NCBI GenBank assembly: GCA_963676835.2
Contig: CAXXFF010000002.1
Location: 416,001-480,000, forward strand
Length of the DNA stretch: 64,000 nt
Reading direction: 5' to 3'
Source of the DNA: Marispirochaeta sp.
Lineage (GTDB): Bacteria > Spirochaetota > Spirochaetia > JC444 > Marispirochaetaceae
The translations under genes and the position numbers were made by a program. Shown piece by piece: positions 1-8,882 of this stretch. The notes under the pieces were generated by a model, which was not told the origin of the DNA, ran no database searches, and saw only the letters and a list, made by a program, of their open reading frames with translations. Numbering within the stretch: position 1 is the stretch's first letter; every line of letters starts with the position of its first letter.

Positions 1-919
1 AGCCTTTGCAGCAGAACATCCACCTCTTCCGGAGACTCTTCCTTCCCCTTCGACCGCAGCCGCTCTTCCAGGGCCGCTATCGATTTGGGGTCATGCAGCC
101 GGCTGCGGATTTTGCCTGCCTCCACCGCGTAGAGGCAGAGACAGGTGATAATATCCACCATATCCGACATGCCGGAACGCAGCAGAACCATGCTCTTCCC
201 GGGCAGCATCTCCCAGATATCCCGCCGCCGGGCCGCCGACTCCACCGAAGCAAAGAGGCTCTCCGGCTCGACGAACTCAGTAGGCAGGTCATCGGTGAGA
301 AGATAGGTATGGTTCCGGGAAACATTCTCCGGAAGCCGCCGTACCGCGTACAACAGGGCTCCGAAATCTATTTCATAGGAGTTCAGCTGGGGATGCAGTG
401 CCGGACGAAGGGCTCTGTAATGGGGCAGCAGTCCACGGATATCCAGAAAGCCGCGGTTTACCGCCCTGGTTATTTCCGCGGAAAAGCTGGTGAACTCGGC
501 AAAAATACCCTGCCTGTCCTGAAGAATACTCCCCAGGGACTGGGCAAAGGCCCGGGATGAGTGAAGGAGCCGCAGGAAGCTGTCTGCAGAAACAACGTAG
601 CAGATGGTCTCTTCTTCGGCGACGAAATCAAAAAGATAGGCTTCATTGAGAGCACCCCCCGCTCACCGAAATAGGAGCCCGCCGGAATAAGGTTTGTTCT
701 CAGCTCCGATCCTTCTGGATCATAAACACCTACACTGCCACGCCCGACAAAAAAGAATTCGGGATGCCGGGAGGGCCCGTGGGAGAGGACCGTTTCTCCC
801 TGAACATAAACCCGGCGGCTCATCTGTGCAGCCAGAGAACTCCGCTCCCCGGCGCTGAGAAACCGGAATGGGATGGTATGCTCAAAAAGGGGCGTCAGAT
901 CCGCCAGAACCCCACCCAT
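1..919 (-). pseudogene. Cyclic-nucleotide-binding domain protein, frameshifted near 648-660, runs off the window edge
   Basis: ORF 470..919 has a cNMP-domain N-terminus (..GSVGV..GSYFGERGVL). The domain continues in another frame from 647 (NEAYLFDFVAEEETICYVVSADSFLRLL...), which stays open to position 1. Could be a sequencing error rather than a true pseudogene. Confidence 0.7.
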
Positions 920-920
920 A

Positions 921-1439
921 CTACTCTTCTTTATAGTATTCCCGGAGCTCTTCCGCGGTGGCGGATACCGGGTGACTGATCAGCAGGGAATCAGCCTTGA
1001 TTTCTGTGGCATTCATCATGGCAGCTATGCGCTGGATAGAAGAGAGGAGCAGGGTCTGTTCCCATATTTCGAGACCGTTGAATGATTCAATAAAAGTATC
1101 ATGAAGCATTGAGGGCTTGTTGATAAGCTGTGCATGACCCGCTTCGGTGAGCTGGACATACATTTTCCGCTTGTCCTCTACCCCCCTGATTCTGGTTACC
1201 AGTCCTCTGGCCACCAGTCTGTCTACAATACTGGTAACCGTCGCATGGCTGAGTGAAATATTTTTGGCGAGATCACCGGTGGTCAGTACATCCCGGTCGG
1301 CAATTTCCTGCATTACAATAAGCTGAGGCCCCGTAAGGCCATAGGTTTTAGCGAGCTTTTTGGAATGAATGTCTATAGCCCTGACGATCTGCCTGATCGT
1401 TACAAGAACCTCCTCGCTTACATCTTTCTCTCTTGCCAT
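921..1439 (-). CDS. MarR-family transcriptional regulator (EctR/CosR-like)
   Basis: MarR wHTH (LSHATVTSIVDRLVARGLVTR..DKR..LTEAG). The flanks IRQIVRAIDIHSKKL..GLTGPQL and WEQTLLLSSIQRIAAMM resemble the EctR/CosR subgroup. Confidence 0.85.
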   Translation of the reverse strand: MAREKDVSEEVLVTIRQIVRAIDIHSKKLAKTYGLTGPQLIVMQEIADRDVLTTGDLAKNISLSHATVTSIVDRLVARGLVTRIRGVEDKRKMYVQLTEAGHAQLINKPSMLHDTFIESFNGLEIWEQTLLLSSIQRIAAMMNATEIKADSLLISHPVSATAEELREYYKEE

Positions 1440-1485
1440 GTTCCTTTCCAGTAATGCATTGCTGCATTATACACATTTTAATACT

Positions 1486-1974
1486 TCAGTATTTGTATTT
1501 AAAGGTCCTCAACAGATCCCGGCGGGCCTGTTTGTCTTCATCTCCCTCAATGCCTTTGGGAGAGAAACCGTCGATAACACCGATAATTCCCCGGCCCTGA
1601 TCTGTGCCGGCGCTTATTATCTGCAGGGGGTTGGCAGTGGCGGCAAAAACCCGGGCCACCTCCTGACACTGCTTTATCTGATTGAGCACATTAATAGGGA
1701 AGGCATTACGGATAATAAGATAAAAGGTATGCCCGGCGGCCACCTTTTCGGCACAGGCTGCCGCCTGGGAAACAAGGACGTTATCGTTACCTTCGGTTCG
1801 GATGAGGCAGGGCCCGGAGGCTTCGCAGAAGGCAAGCCCGAATTCAATTCCCGGTACCGAGCTGATCATGATTTCACTCAGATCCTCAACGGTTTTAATA
1901 AAATGGGACTGGCCGACAATAATATTACAGCCCTCTTCCCACTCAAGCTGGTGAACATTCAGTACCGGGATCAT
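1486..1974 (-). CDS. Adenosine-specific kinase family protein (DUF355-type)
   Basis: Motifs NIIVGQSHFIKTVEDL, FGLAFCEASGPCLIR, AGHTF, ATANP, GRGIIGVIDG. RBS GGAGG upstream. Confidence 0.85.
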   Translation of the reverse strand: MIPVLNVHQLEWEEGCNIIVGQSHFIKTVEDLSEIMISSVPGIEFGLAFCEASGPCLIRTEGNDNVLVSQAAACAEKVAAGHTFYLIIRNAFPINVLNQIKQCQEVARVFAATANPLQIISAGTDQGRGIIGVIDGFSPKGIEGDEDKQARRDLLRTFKYKY

Positions 1975-2056
1975 CAGAAACCTCCCTCCGGACGACGGTT
2001 TTGGTTATTGTGCCGTCGCCGGAGGAATATGTCAATCTCGGTCGACCGGTCTCTTT

Positions 2057-3730
2057 TTAATCGGCCAGCCTGAGAGCCTGGCTTATATTAAGGCTGTAGT
2101 CGCCGATGCGCTCCAGATGACGGACAATATCTCGGAAGATAAGTTCTCCCTTCAGTTCCGACCGTTTTTTCTTGGCCATCTTGCGGCGGGAAATTTTATT
2201 CAGCTCATCCCGCATGGCATTAATGGTTTTTTCAAAACGCAGGGCATCTTCTAACCGGTAGGCACCGCCCGAGCGGGCCAGATTGTCAGCATTGAACTTA
2301 AGAAACTCCAGAACCCGGCCGGCATAATCCGCCAGCTCTTCCGGACCTTTTTTATGCATCTCCATATCGCCGTCTTTCAGCTTCTTCAGCAGCATGGTGA
2401 TACTGTAGGCACTGTCGGAAATACTCTCCAGCTCATAGATAATCCGCTGAACCGACTGTACCCTGCGGGCCTGAATCTCCGAAAGAGTATCCCGGGTACA
2501 GCCTACAAGAAAATCAGTCAGCTCTTCCTGCATGTCATCCAGGTAGTCCTCAACTCTGGCTACATGGTCCCGGGTATCATCAATACGGGCAAAATCCGCT
2601 ACTGCTCCCTGGATCATCTCCATGGTGGCGTAGTTTTCCCTGGCCATACGGGCTGCTTCTGCATGTACATTAATCAGGTTGGACTCAACCGCATCGGGGA
2701 TATTGGAAGGCACCGGAGTAAAGCGGTACTCCCCGTACTCCTTCCCCTCTTCATCATCCTTTACGGTTTTTCGTACCATATTTGCAATGGTGGGAACAAA
2801 CCAGATAAGCAGGGCAGTGTTGGTAATATTAAAGGTTGTGTGGAACATGGAGAGATGCAGTGGAATATGGGTTGGATCGCTCACCGCTCCCGGAACCAGA
2901 ATGTCCACCAGCTTGAGGAAGGGGAAAAAGACTATGAGCATCCAGACAACACCCATAAGGTTAAAGAACATATGAGCCCGGGCCGCCCGCTTGGCTTCGG
3001 ATTTCATCGGAAGAGACGCAAGAAAAGCGGTTATGGTGGTTCCGATATTTTCACCCAATACAATGGCGGCAGCTATGGGAAAATCTATCCACCCCTTGTA
3101 TGCCATTGTCAGGGTAATTGCCATGGCCGCCGAGGAGGACTGTACCACTACAGTCAGCAGCGTTCCTATCAATACAAAAATCAGGATACTCAGATATCCC
3201 ATGGAGGTAAAATGCTGCAGGAACTGCAGAACCTCCGGATTATTCTTGATATCCGGAACCGATTCCTTCATCAGATGCAGTCCGAGAAAGAGCAGGCCAA
3301 AGCCGATAATCGCTTCGGCAATATCCCGCTTTTTATCACTCTTGCTGAAATAGAAGGGAATAGCCAGGGCAATGGCCGGAAGGGCAAAACTGGTAATTTT
3401 TACCTTGAAGCCGAAAATAGAGACCAGCCAGGCCGTAAGGGTGGTACCGATGTTGGCACCCATAATTACCCCGATGGACTGCTGCAGATTGACCAGCCCG
3501 GCGTTTACCAGACTTACCAGGATTACCGTGGTTGCCGAGGAGGACTGAACAATAGAGGTGGCCGTCAAGCCGGTTATGACTCCCATGAAACGGTTGGTAG
3601 TCAAGGCTCCCAGCAGGGTTTTCAGACGGTCTCCGGAACGCTTGTGTATTCCGTCACTCATGGACTTCATCCCGATGAGGAATATTCCGAGACCTCCAAG
3701 CAGATTCAAAATCTGTAATACAGCACTCAT
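2057..3730 (-). CDS. Na/Pi cotransporter family protein with C-terminal PhoU-like domain
   Basis: Two QSSS repeats, GANIGTT and GENIGTT motifs, many TM helices, helical C-terminus ending HLERIGDY. Confidence 0.92.
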   Translation of the reverse strand: MSAVLQILNLLGGLGIFLIGMKSMSDGIHKRSGDRLKTLLGALTTNRFMGVITGLTATSIVQSSSATTVILVSLVNAGLVNLQQSIGVIMGANIGTTLTAWLVSIFGFKVKITSFALPAIALAIPFYFSKSDKKRDIAEAIIGFGLLFLGLHLMKESVPDIKNNPEVLQFLQHFTSMGYLSILIFVLIGTLLTVVVQSSSAAMAITLTMAYKGWIDFPIAAAIVLGENIGTTITAFLASLPMKSEAKRAARAHMFFNLMGVVWMLIVFFPFLKLVDILVPGAVSDPTHIPLHLSMFHTTFNITNTALLIWFVPTIANMVRKTVKDDEEGKEYGEYRFTPVPSNIPDAVESNLINVHAEAARMARENYATMEMIQGAVADFARIDDTRDHVARVEDYLDDMQEELTDFLVGCTRDTLSEIQARRVQSVQRIIYELESISDSAYSITMLLKKLKDGDMEMHKKGPEELADYAGRVLEFLKFNADNLARSGGAYRLEDALRFEKTINAMRDELNKISRRKMAKKKRSELKGELIFRDIVRHLERIGDYSLNISQALRLAD

Positions 3731-3895
3731 TATTACTCCAGTATTCTGGTTTTGACCTTCACGGCCATAATGCGTTTCATTAATTCTTAGCTCATTCTAT
3801 TCTAATACTTTTCTAACATAAATGCCCGGTTCCTGTGGAGAGCAAAATAGAGCCAAACAGTCATTTTCCCGGCAGTTGTGCTATAATCTGCTCTC

Positions 3896-4768
3896 GTGAA
3901 GTATCTTTTTTCATCTATACGACCTGCACCCGCTTTCACGAGAAGGGCGATTCTTCTCCTGTTAACCATTCTTTCTGTTTTTCTCTCTGCAGAAGGGGCA
4001 AGGGAAGAGAACCCAACACCGGCCATGCCCATGTGGAGCCCCGAAAAGCCGATTGCGCTGATAGTTCCCGCCGGAGAGGCTTTTGCATCCGCTGCCGTTG
4101 CGGAGGCCCTTGTTCCGGTTATGCAGAAGAGGCTGAAACAGACTATAGTGCTGCGTTTTGAACAGACAGCCGGTACCGGATCTCTGGCCGATTTCCCCGC
4201 CGACGGATACAGCTGGCTTGCCGGGATATCCACAGATATTCCGGACCGTTCCTGGACGGCCTACTACGCTGTCTCCATTCCGCTTCTGCTGCTGGAAAAC
4301 AGCAGCCCCAGTGAAGAGTATATACTTGCATGTCCGGCATCGGAAAAAGAGTCCGGCGAAAAAGTGCTGGCCCTGATGGAATCGGGGACACTGAAAATCC
4401 TGCCTGATACTCCTTCTGCAGTGGCTTCTCTGATAAAGAAAGAGAGCAGTGCTGCCCTTGTACGAAGCACCGATGCGGTATCCTTCCTGCGCAGCGGACG
4501 AATTGAGACCGCCCGGGTACTTGATGCCCAGCCCCTGAAACTGACGAATGCTGAAACCATCTATCCCCTGCAGCTGATCAACTCAGTGGTTATCCACAGG
4601 AGCCCATCCCTGGGCTTCTATCTTCCACCGGGAACTCCCGAGGATGTACTCAACACCCTGGATTCGATATGGGATCATGAAATTAAAAATTCAGAAGAGA
4701 TTGCCCGGTGGGCTGCCGACCGGGGATTTGCCTTCAGCCCCGAAAGAAGCAGGAGAAACAATGAATAG
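3896..4768 (+). CDS. Divergent TctC/Bug-like substrate-binding protein
   Basis: Signal peptide. IALIVP..ALVPVMQKRLKQTIV and GFYLPPGTPEDVLNTL resemble the TctC termini; the middle is shortened. Confidence 0.55.
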   Translation: MKYLFSSIRPAPAFTRRAILLLLTILSVFLSAEGAREENPTPAMPMWSPEKPIALIVPAGEAFASAAVAEALVPVMQKRLKQTIVLRFEQTAGTGSLADFPADGYSWLAGISTDIPDRSWTAYYAVSIPLLLLENSSPSEEYILACPASEKESGEKVLALMESGTLKILPDTPSAVASLIKKESSAALVRSTDAVSFLRSGRIETARVLDAQPLKLTNAETIYPLQLINSVVIHRSPSLGFYLPPGTPEDVLNTLDSIWDHEIKNSEEIARWAADRGFAFSPERSRRNNE

Positions 4769-5063
4769 CGACCGCCACAGATTCGATGACTTCAGCCGTT
4801 TCTTCAAGGCCCTGGGTGACCCCAGCAGGCTCGAACTGGTTCAGCTCCTCTGTGCAGCCCCGGAGGGGCTGACGGTAAAAGCTTTAATAGAAGAGGTTCC
4901 CATAAGCCAGTCCACCGTCAGTCAGCATCTCCGGGTATTGAAGGATGCCGGCATTATCCGTGGTCAGCGTCAGGGAACCTCAACCTGTTATATTGTAGAC
5001 CAGCCCCGCATAGAGGAGCTGATCTACCGCATTAAAAACGAGATAGGACCTATTCTGTCTTGA
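4761..5063 (+). CDS. ArsR/SmtB-family transcriptional regulator
   Basis: FKALGDPSRLELV..SQSTVSQHLRVLKDAGII. ATG at 4761 with AGGAG RBS; overlaps the upstream stop. Confidence 0.9.
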   Translation: MNSDRHRFDDFSRFFKALGDPSRLELVQLLCAAPEGLTVKALIEEVPISQSTVSQHLRVLKDAGIIRGQRQGTSTCYIVDQPRIEELIYRIKNEIGPILS

Positions 5064-7479
5064 GAGGATAGCCTGCCTTTTCCATAATCTTGATCAACTG
5101 GTTCTGAGCCTGCTCCAGGAACTCTCCCGAAAGGGTTTTTTCCGGATCAAAGAAGACCGCCCTCAGGGTTATTGCCCTTCTGCCGTCGGCCATGGGGAAA
5201 ACATCCGCCACGGAAACACCGGTCAGTTCTTTCATTTTCAGCTTTCCCGCCGCCCGCAGCATCAGTGCCGCCTGAGCATCCTTCTCCGCAATTACGGTAA
5301 AGTCGAATACGGAGTGAGGAAACCTCGGCAGGGGCGTATAGCTGGTCCGGTCAGGCCGGTCATCATTCTCAAAACTGGAGAGATCAAGTACCAGAAGCGT
5401 ACAGTATCCCTTGGCTTTAAAGCTCCGCATGGTTAGAGGATGAACAGTGGTCAGAAGACCGACTGCAGCGCCCTTAACCTGTATATCCAGGGTTTCGTAG
5501 GGATGCAGCCCGGACCAGTCCCGGGGGACCGCACTGTTGGGCCGTTTGCTGTTGGGCTCTTCAAGGCGGAAGGGAAGCCTGAGAAATCTGAGCAGCCGGT
5601 CTGCCGTATTGGCGGCATCCATAAAGCGGGAAGCCTGCCGGTCGTAGAAGGCCGCAACCAGAAAGTTCTTTTCCACCGCAAAGTCGCTCTCCCCGGGAGC
5701 GTAGCTCCGTCCCAGTTCAAACATTGAGAAATTGCTGTAGTGCCTGGTGTTTGCGGCGGCAGCCTCCAGAAAGCCCGGAACCAGACTTGGACGCATCAGA
5801 CCCATATCCTTGGTAAGGGAGTTCACCAGCTGGAGCTTTTCGCTCTGCCCCGGCCAGCCAACCTTTGCAAGCAGATCCGAACCGATCAGGGGATAGGTGA
5901 ACACCTCGTGGGCACCGGCATTAAGGACCATAAAATCCTGAACTGCCCGTTCCACCTTCTTGGGATTGGGAATCTCCACGGATTCAACCTTCCATTGCGG
6001 CGGCTGGGAAGGGATCTGGTTGTAGCCGTACATCCGGCCGATCTCTTCGATCAGGTCTGCATCACACTCAACATCCTTGGTGGCACGGAAACTGGGAACC
6101 TTGACCGAGTAGCCCCCGTCCATCTCAGTTACCTCGAAATCGAGGGAGGTAAGTATGGATTTAACCTTATCCGCAGTCATGCTGCAGCCCAGAAGCTTTT
6201 CAATATCAGCATGTTTCAGCTCAATTACCGGCTGCTTCCAGGCATCCAGGTCGAGACCGTCATACTCGAGATTTCCTTCAACCTCCGCACCGGGGTTAAG
6301 CTCCAGGAGCAGTTCGAGAATTCTCAAAGCAGTAGGCTTCAGAGCCATGGGATCCAGGCTCTTCTCATAGCGCAGGGAGGAGTCGGTCCGAAGTCCTATC
6401 CGGGTGGAACTTTTGCGCACATCCACATCGACAAAGTTGGCAACCTCGACAAAAACCTCAGTGGTATTTTCCGTAACTCCCGAGTTGAGTCCGCCCATAA
6501 TACCCGCAATTACCAGAGGCTTCTCGGTATCGGCAATTACCGTATCTTCCGCTATAAGCTTGCGGGGTTGTTCATCGAGGGTAACAAACTCCTCTTCCCG
6601 GCCTACCTGGCGGACAATAATCCTGCCGCCTTCGATGGTGCTGCGGTCAAAGATGTGGTTGGGCTGCCCCATTTCCAGCATTACAAAGTTGGAAATATCG
6701 ACAATGCTGTTGATGGGCCGCATACCGCAGTCAAGCAGCCGTTTCTGCATCCATTTGGGGCTTTCTCCAACGGTAATACCCTTTACGGTATAGCCGTAAT
6801 AGGCCCGGCAGTAGGAGGCAGGTTCAACGGTTATGGTAACGGGAGATTTTCCTGTGCCGAATTGCTTCAGCATCTTACCCTGCCACTCCTTCGAGAAGGG
6901 CTTTTTCCGGGGCGCATCAAAAGCGGCGGAAAATTCTCTGGCCATGCCGTAATGACCCCATAGATCCGGCCGGTGAGTAATGGATTTGTTATCAATATCA
7001 AGCACAACCGAAGGGCTGGTTTCCAGGTACTCCGCCATGGGAGTTCCCTTTGCTGCATCGGCATCAAGTACCATCAGCCCTTCATGGTCTTCAGAGAGGC
7101 CAAGCTCATCCTCGGCACAGAGCATACCTTCAGAGAGGATTCCCCGGATCTTTTTCGGCTCCAGGGTAAAGCCTATGGGAAGGGTGGTGCCGATAGGCGC
7201 GTAGGGAACCTTCATGCCGATTTCGCAGTTCGGCGCTCCGCAGACAACCCGGCCCTTTCCGGCACTGCCCGCATCGTAGGATACCAGCCTGAGTTTATCC
7301 GCATCGGGATGTGGTTCTATGGCGGTAATTTCCGCTACAAAGGTCTCTTCAAGCACCTTTCCTGTTTCTACAACTTCCTCAACCTCGCAGGTTGAGAGGG
7401 TAAAACGCTCGCCCAGTTCGTGGGAACTCAAGCGGGGAAGGTCTACAAATTCCTTAATCCATTCCATGGAAATTTTCAT
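5050..7479 (-). CDS. pheT: Phenylalanine--tRNA ligase beta subunit
   Basis: HPDADKL, VVCGAPN, SEGMLC, HRPDL, DLIEEIGRMYGY motifs; 809 aa; follows pheS. Confidence 0.97.
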   Translation of the reverse strand: MKISMEWIKEFVDLPRLSSHELGERFTLSTCEVEEVVETGKVLEETFVAEITAIEPHPDADKLRLVSYDAGSAGKGRVVCGAPNCEIGMKVPYAPIGTTLPIGFTLEPKKIRGILSEGMLCAEDELGLSEDHEGLMVLDADAAKGTPMAEYLETSPSVVLDIDNKSITHRPDLWGHYGMAREFSAAFDAPRKKPFSKEWQGKMLKQFGTGKSPVTITVEPASYCRAYYGYTVKGITVGESPKWMQKRLLDCGMRPINSIVDISNFVMLEMGQPNHIFDRSTIEGGRIIVRQVGREEEFVTLDEQPRKLIAEDTVIADTEKPLVIAGIMGGLNSGVTENTTEVFVEVANFVDVDVRKSSTRIGLRTDSSLRYEKSLDPMALKPTALRILELLLELNPGAEVEGNLEYDGLDLDAWKQPVIELKHADIEKLLGCSMTADKVKSILTSLDFEVTEMDGGYSVKVPSFRATKDVECDADLIEEIGRMYGYNQIPSQPPQWKVESVEIPNPKKVERAVQDFMVLNAGAHEVFTYPLIGSDLLAKVGWPGQSEKLQLVNSLTKDMGLMRPSLVPGFLEAAAANTRHYSNFSMFELGRSYAPGESDFAVEKNFLVAAFYDRQASRFMDAANTADRLLRFLRLPFRLEEPNSKRPNSAVPRDWSGLHPYETLDIQVKGAAVGLLTTVHPLTMRSFKAKGYCTLLVLDLSSFENDDRPDRTSYTPLPRFPHSVFDFTVIAEKDAQAALMLRAAGKLKMKELTGVSVADVFPMADGRRAITLRAVFFDPEKTLSGEFLEQAQNQLIKIMEKAGYPLKTE

Positions 7480-7504
7480 ACGTCTCTACTCCTTCCTCTG
7501 CTAC

Positions 7505-8548
7505 CTAATACGCCTTGAACTGTGAAGCAAACCGGAGATCTCCGGAACGCAGGTGCCGGATATTGTCTATTCCGTAGCGCATCATCACCAGCCGGTCCCA
7601 TCCCATGCCGAAGGCAAAGCCCGAGTATTTTTCAGGATCGATATTGCCGTATTCAAGCACCCGGGGATGCACCATTCCGCAGCCAAGGGCTTCCACCCAG
7701 CCTACCTGCTTGCAGACGGAACAACCCTCGCCGCCGCAGAGAAGACACTTGTAATCGAGCTCAAAGCCCGGCTCAACAAAGGGGAAATACCCAGGCCGCA
7801 GTCGGACATCAACTTCCTTGTGAAAAATCTGGGAGAGCAGGGTTTTGAGAAAATGGACAAGGTTGGCTACAGAAACCCCTTCTCCAACCATCATTCCCTC
7901 AATCTGCCGGAAGGCAGCCTCATGGGATGCATCGATGGCCTCATTTCGGAATACTTCCCCGGGCCCTACAAACTTGAAGGGAGGCTTGTGCTTCTCCATT
8001 CCCCGCACCTGAATCGGCGAGGTATGGGTTCTGAGTAGATGATGCATGTCAGAGAACCAGAAGGTATCCTGCATATCCCGGGCCGGATGATTGGATGGGA
8101 TATTCAAGGCTTCGAAGTTGTAGTAGTCGCTTTCTATATGGGGACCGTCCAGGATATCAAAGCCCATGGAGAGAAAGATATCCTCCACCTCCCGGCCGAT
8201 AATAGTCAGGGGATGATAACCGGCAGATCCCAGGCCTTTATCTTTAAGTGAATCAAGAAGAGAGATGTCCTGCCATTCTGCGGCAAGCTTGCGGTCGATC
8301 TCCTCTCTTTCCATCCGTGCTGCGGTTGCATCAATCTCTTCCAGGATCTTCTGCTTCAGCTCGTTGGAACGGGATCCGATACTCTTCCGTTCTTCGGGAG
8401 TTGCGTCCTTCAGAGATTTGAGAATGTCATTCAGTTTTCCCTTTTTACCAAGGTAATCCGCTTTTATACCTGCGATATCAGCCTGAGTCGCAGCCGCGGC
8501 AATCTGGTCGGAAAATTCGGCATACAGCCCGTCCAGACGTTCCTCCAT
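7505..8548 (-). CDS. pheS: Phenylalanine--tRNA ligase alpha subunit
   Basis: NFEALNIPSNHPARDMQDTF, LRTHTSPIQ, YFPFVEP, GFAFGMG motifs. Confidence 0.98.
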   Translation of the reverse strand: MEERLDGLYAEFSDQIAAAATQADIAGIKADYLGKKGKLNDILKSLKDATPEERKSIGSRSNELKQKILEEIDATAARMEREEIDRKLAAEWQDISLLDSLKDKGLGSAGYHPLTIIGREVEDIFLSMGFDILDGPHIESDYYNFEALNIPSNHPARDMQDTFWFSDMHHLLRTHTSPIQVRGMEKHKPPFKFVGPGEVFRNEAIDASHEAAFRQIEGMMVGEGVSVANLVHFLKTLLSQIFHKEVDVRLRPGYFPFVEPGFELDYKCLLCGGEGCSVCKQVGWVEALGCGMVHPRVLEYGNIDPEKYSGFAFGMGWDRLVMMRYGIDNIRHLRSGDLRFASQFKAY

Positions 8549-8559
8549 GTGTCTCCTCC

Positions 8560-8602
8560 AAAAAAAAACGGCGGTCTCTCCGTATCCCGGAGAACCCCGC
8601 CG
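8560..8602 (-). terminator. Intrinsic terminator (attenuator) directly upstream of the pheS RBS
   Basis: Minus strand reads CGGCGGGGTTCTCCG-GGATA-CGGAGAGACCGCCG followed by T9, then GGAGGAG and the pheS ATG. Confidence 0.85.
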
Positions 8603-8626
8603 CGTTAGTCTCTGCTTACACCACGA

Positions 8627-8698
8627 TCAGGCCCGTCCGGGAATCCCCCTGCCCATAAAAAAGAAAAAAAAGCTGTAAAAAAAGAACTGCCTGTTCAT
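8627..8698 (-). CDS. Phe-rich leader peptide MNRQFFFYSFFFFFMGRGIPGRA (PheM-like attenuator peptide)
   Basis: Hand-translated: ATG at 8698, TGA at 8629-8627, 8 Phe codons in a 10-codon stretch. Lies between the promoter and the terminator upstream of pheS. Confidence 0.85.
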   Translation of the reverse strand: MNRQFFFYSFFFFFMGRGIPGRA

Positions 8699-8707
8699 GG
8701 TCCGTTC

Positions 8708-8735
8708 ATTATATCCGCAGGACCCGTACTGTCAA
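8708..8735 (-). promoter_or_regulatory. Sigma70-type promoter of the leader-pheST operon
   Basis: Consensus TTGACA (8735-8730), 16-nt spacer, TATAAT (8713-8708). Confidence 0.8.
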
Positions 8736-8882
8736 GAATGCAGCTCACACCGCGGGAGAATCCCCCGAAACCTCATCTCTGGACTTCCCCCCTTTATCTT
8801 CTCTGGAGCCCCTCCTCCATAGACCTTCCTCCATAGACCTCCTGTATAGACAAAGGCGTACGCTGTTGAGCATAGTGACTAT

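Noticed and set aside
2354..3718. Long antisense ORFs (also 5740..6963, 6..560, 40795..41691, 25894..26799 and similar)
   Set aside because: Shadow frames of well-supported genes on the opposite strand; no recognisable motifs or RBS.
8549..8735. T-box riboswitch, or phase-variable poly-A tracts, upstream of pheS
   Set aside because: No T-box consensus (AAnnnGGGTGGnACC) and too little room for stem I; the A-runs resolve into in-frame Phe codons.
8811..8851. Short CCTCCATAGAC direct repeats upstream of the patatin gene
   Set aside because: Only two and a half short copies in a pyrimidine-rich tract; no function supportable.
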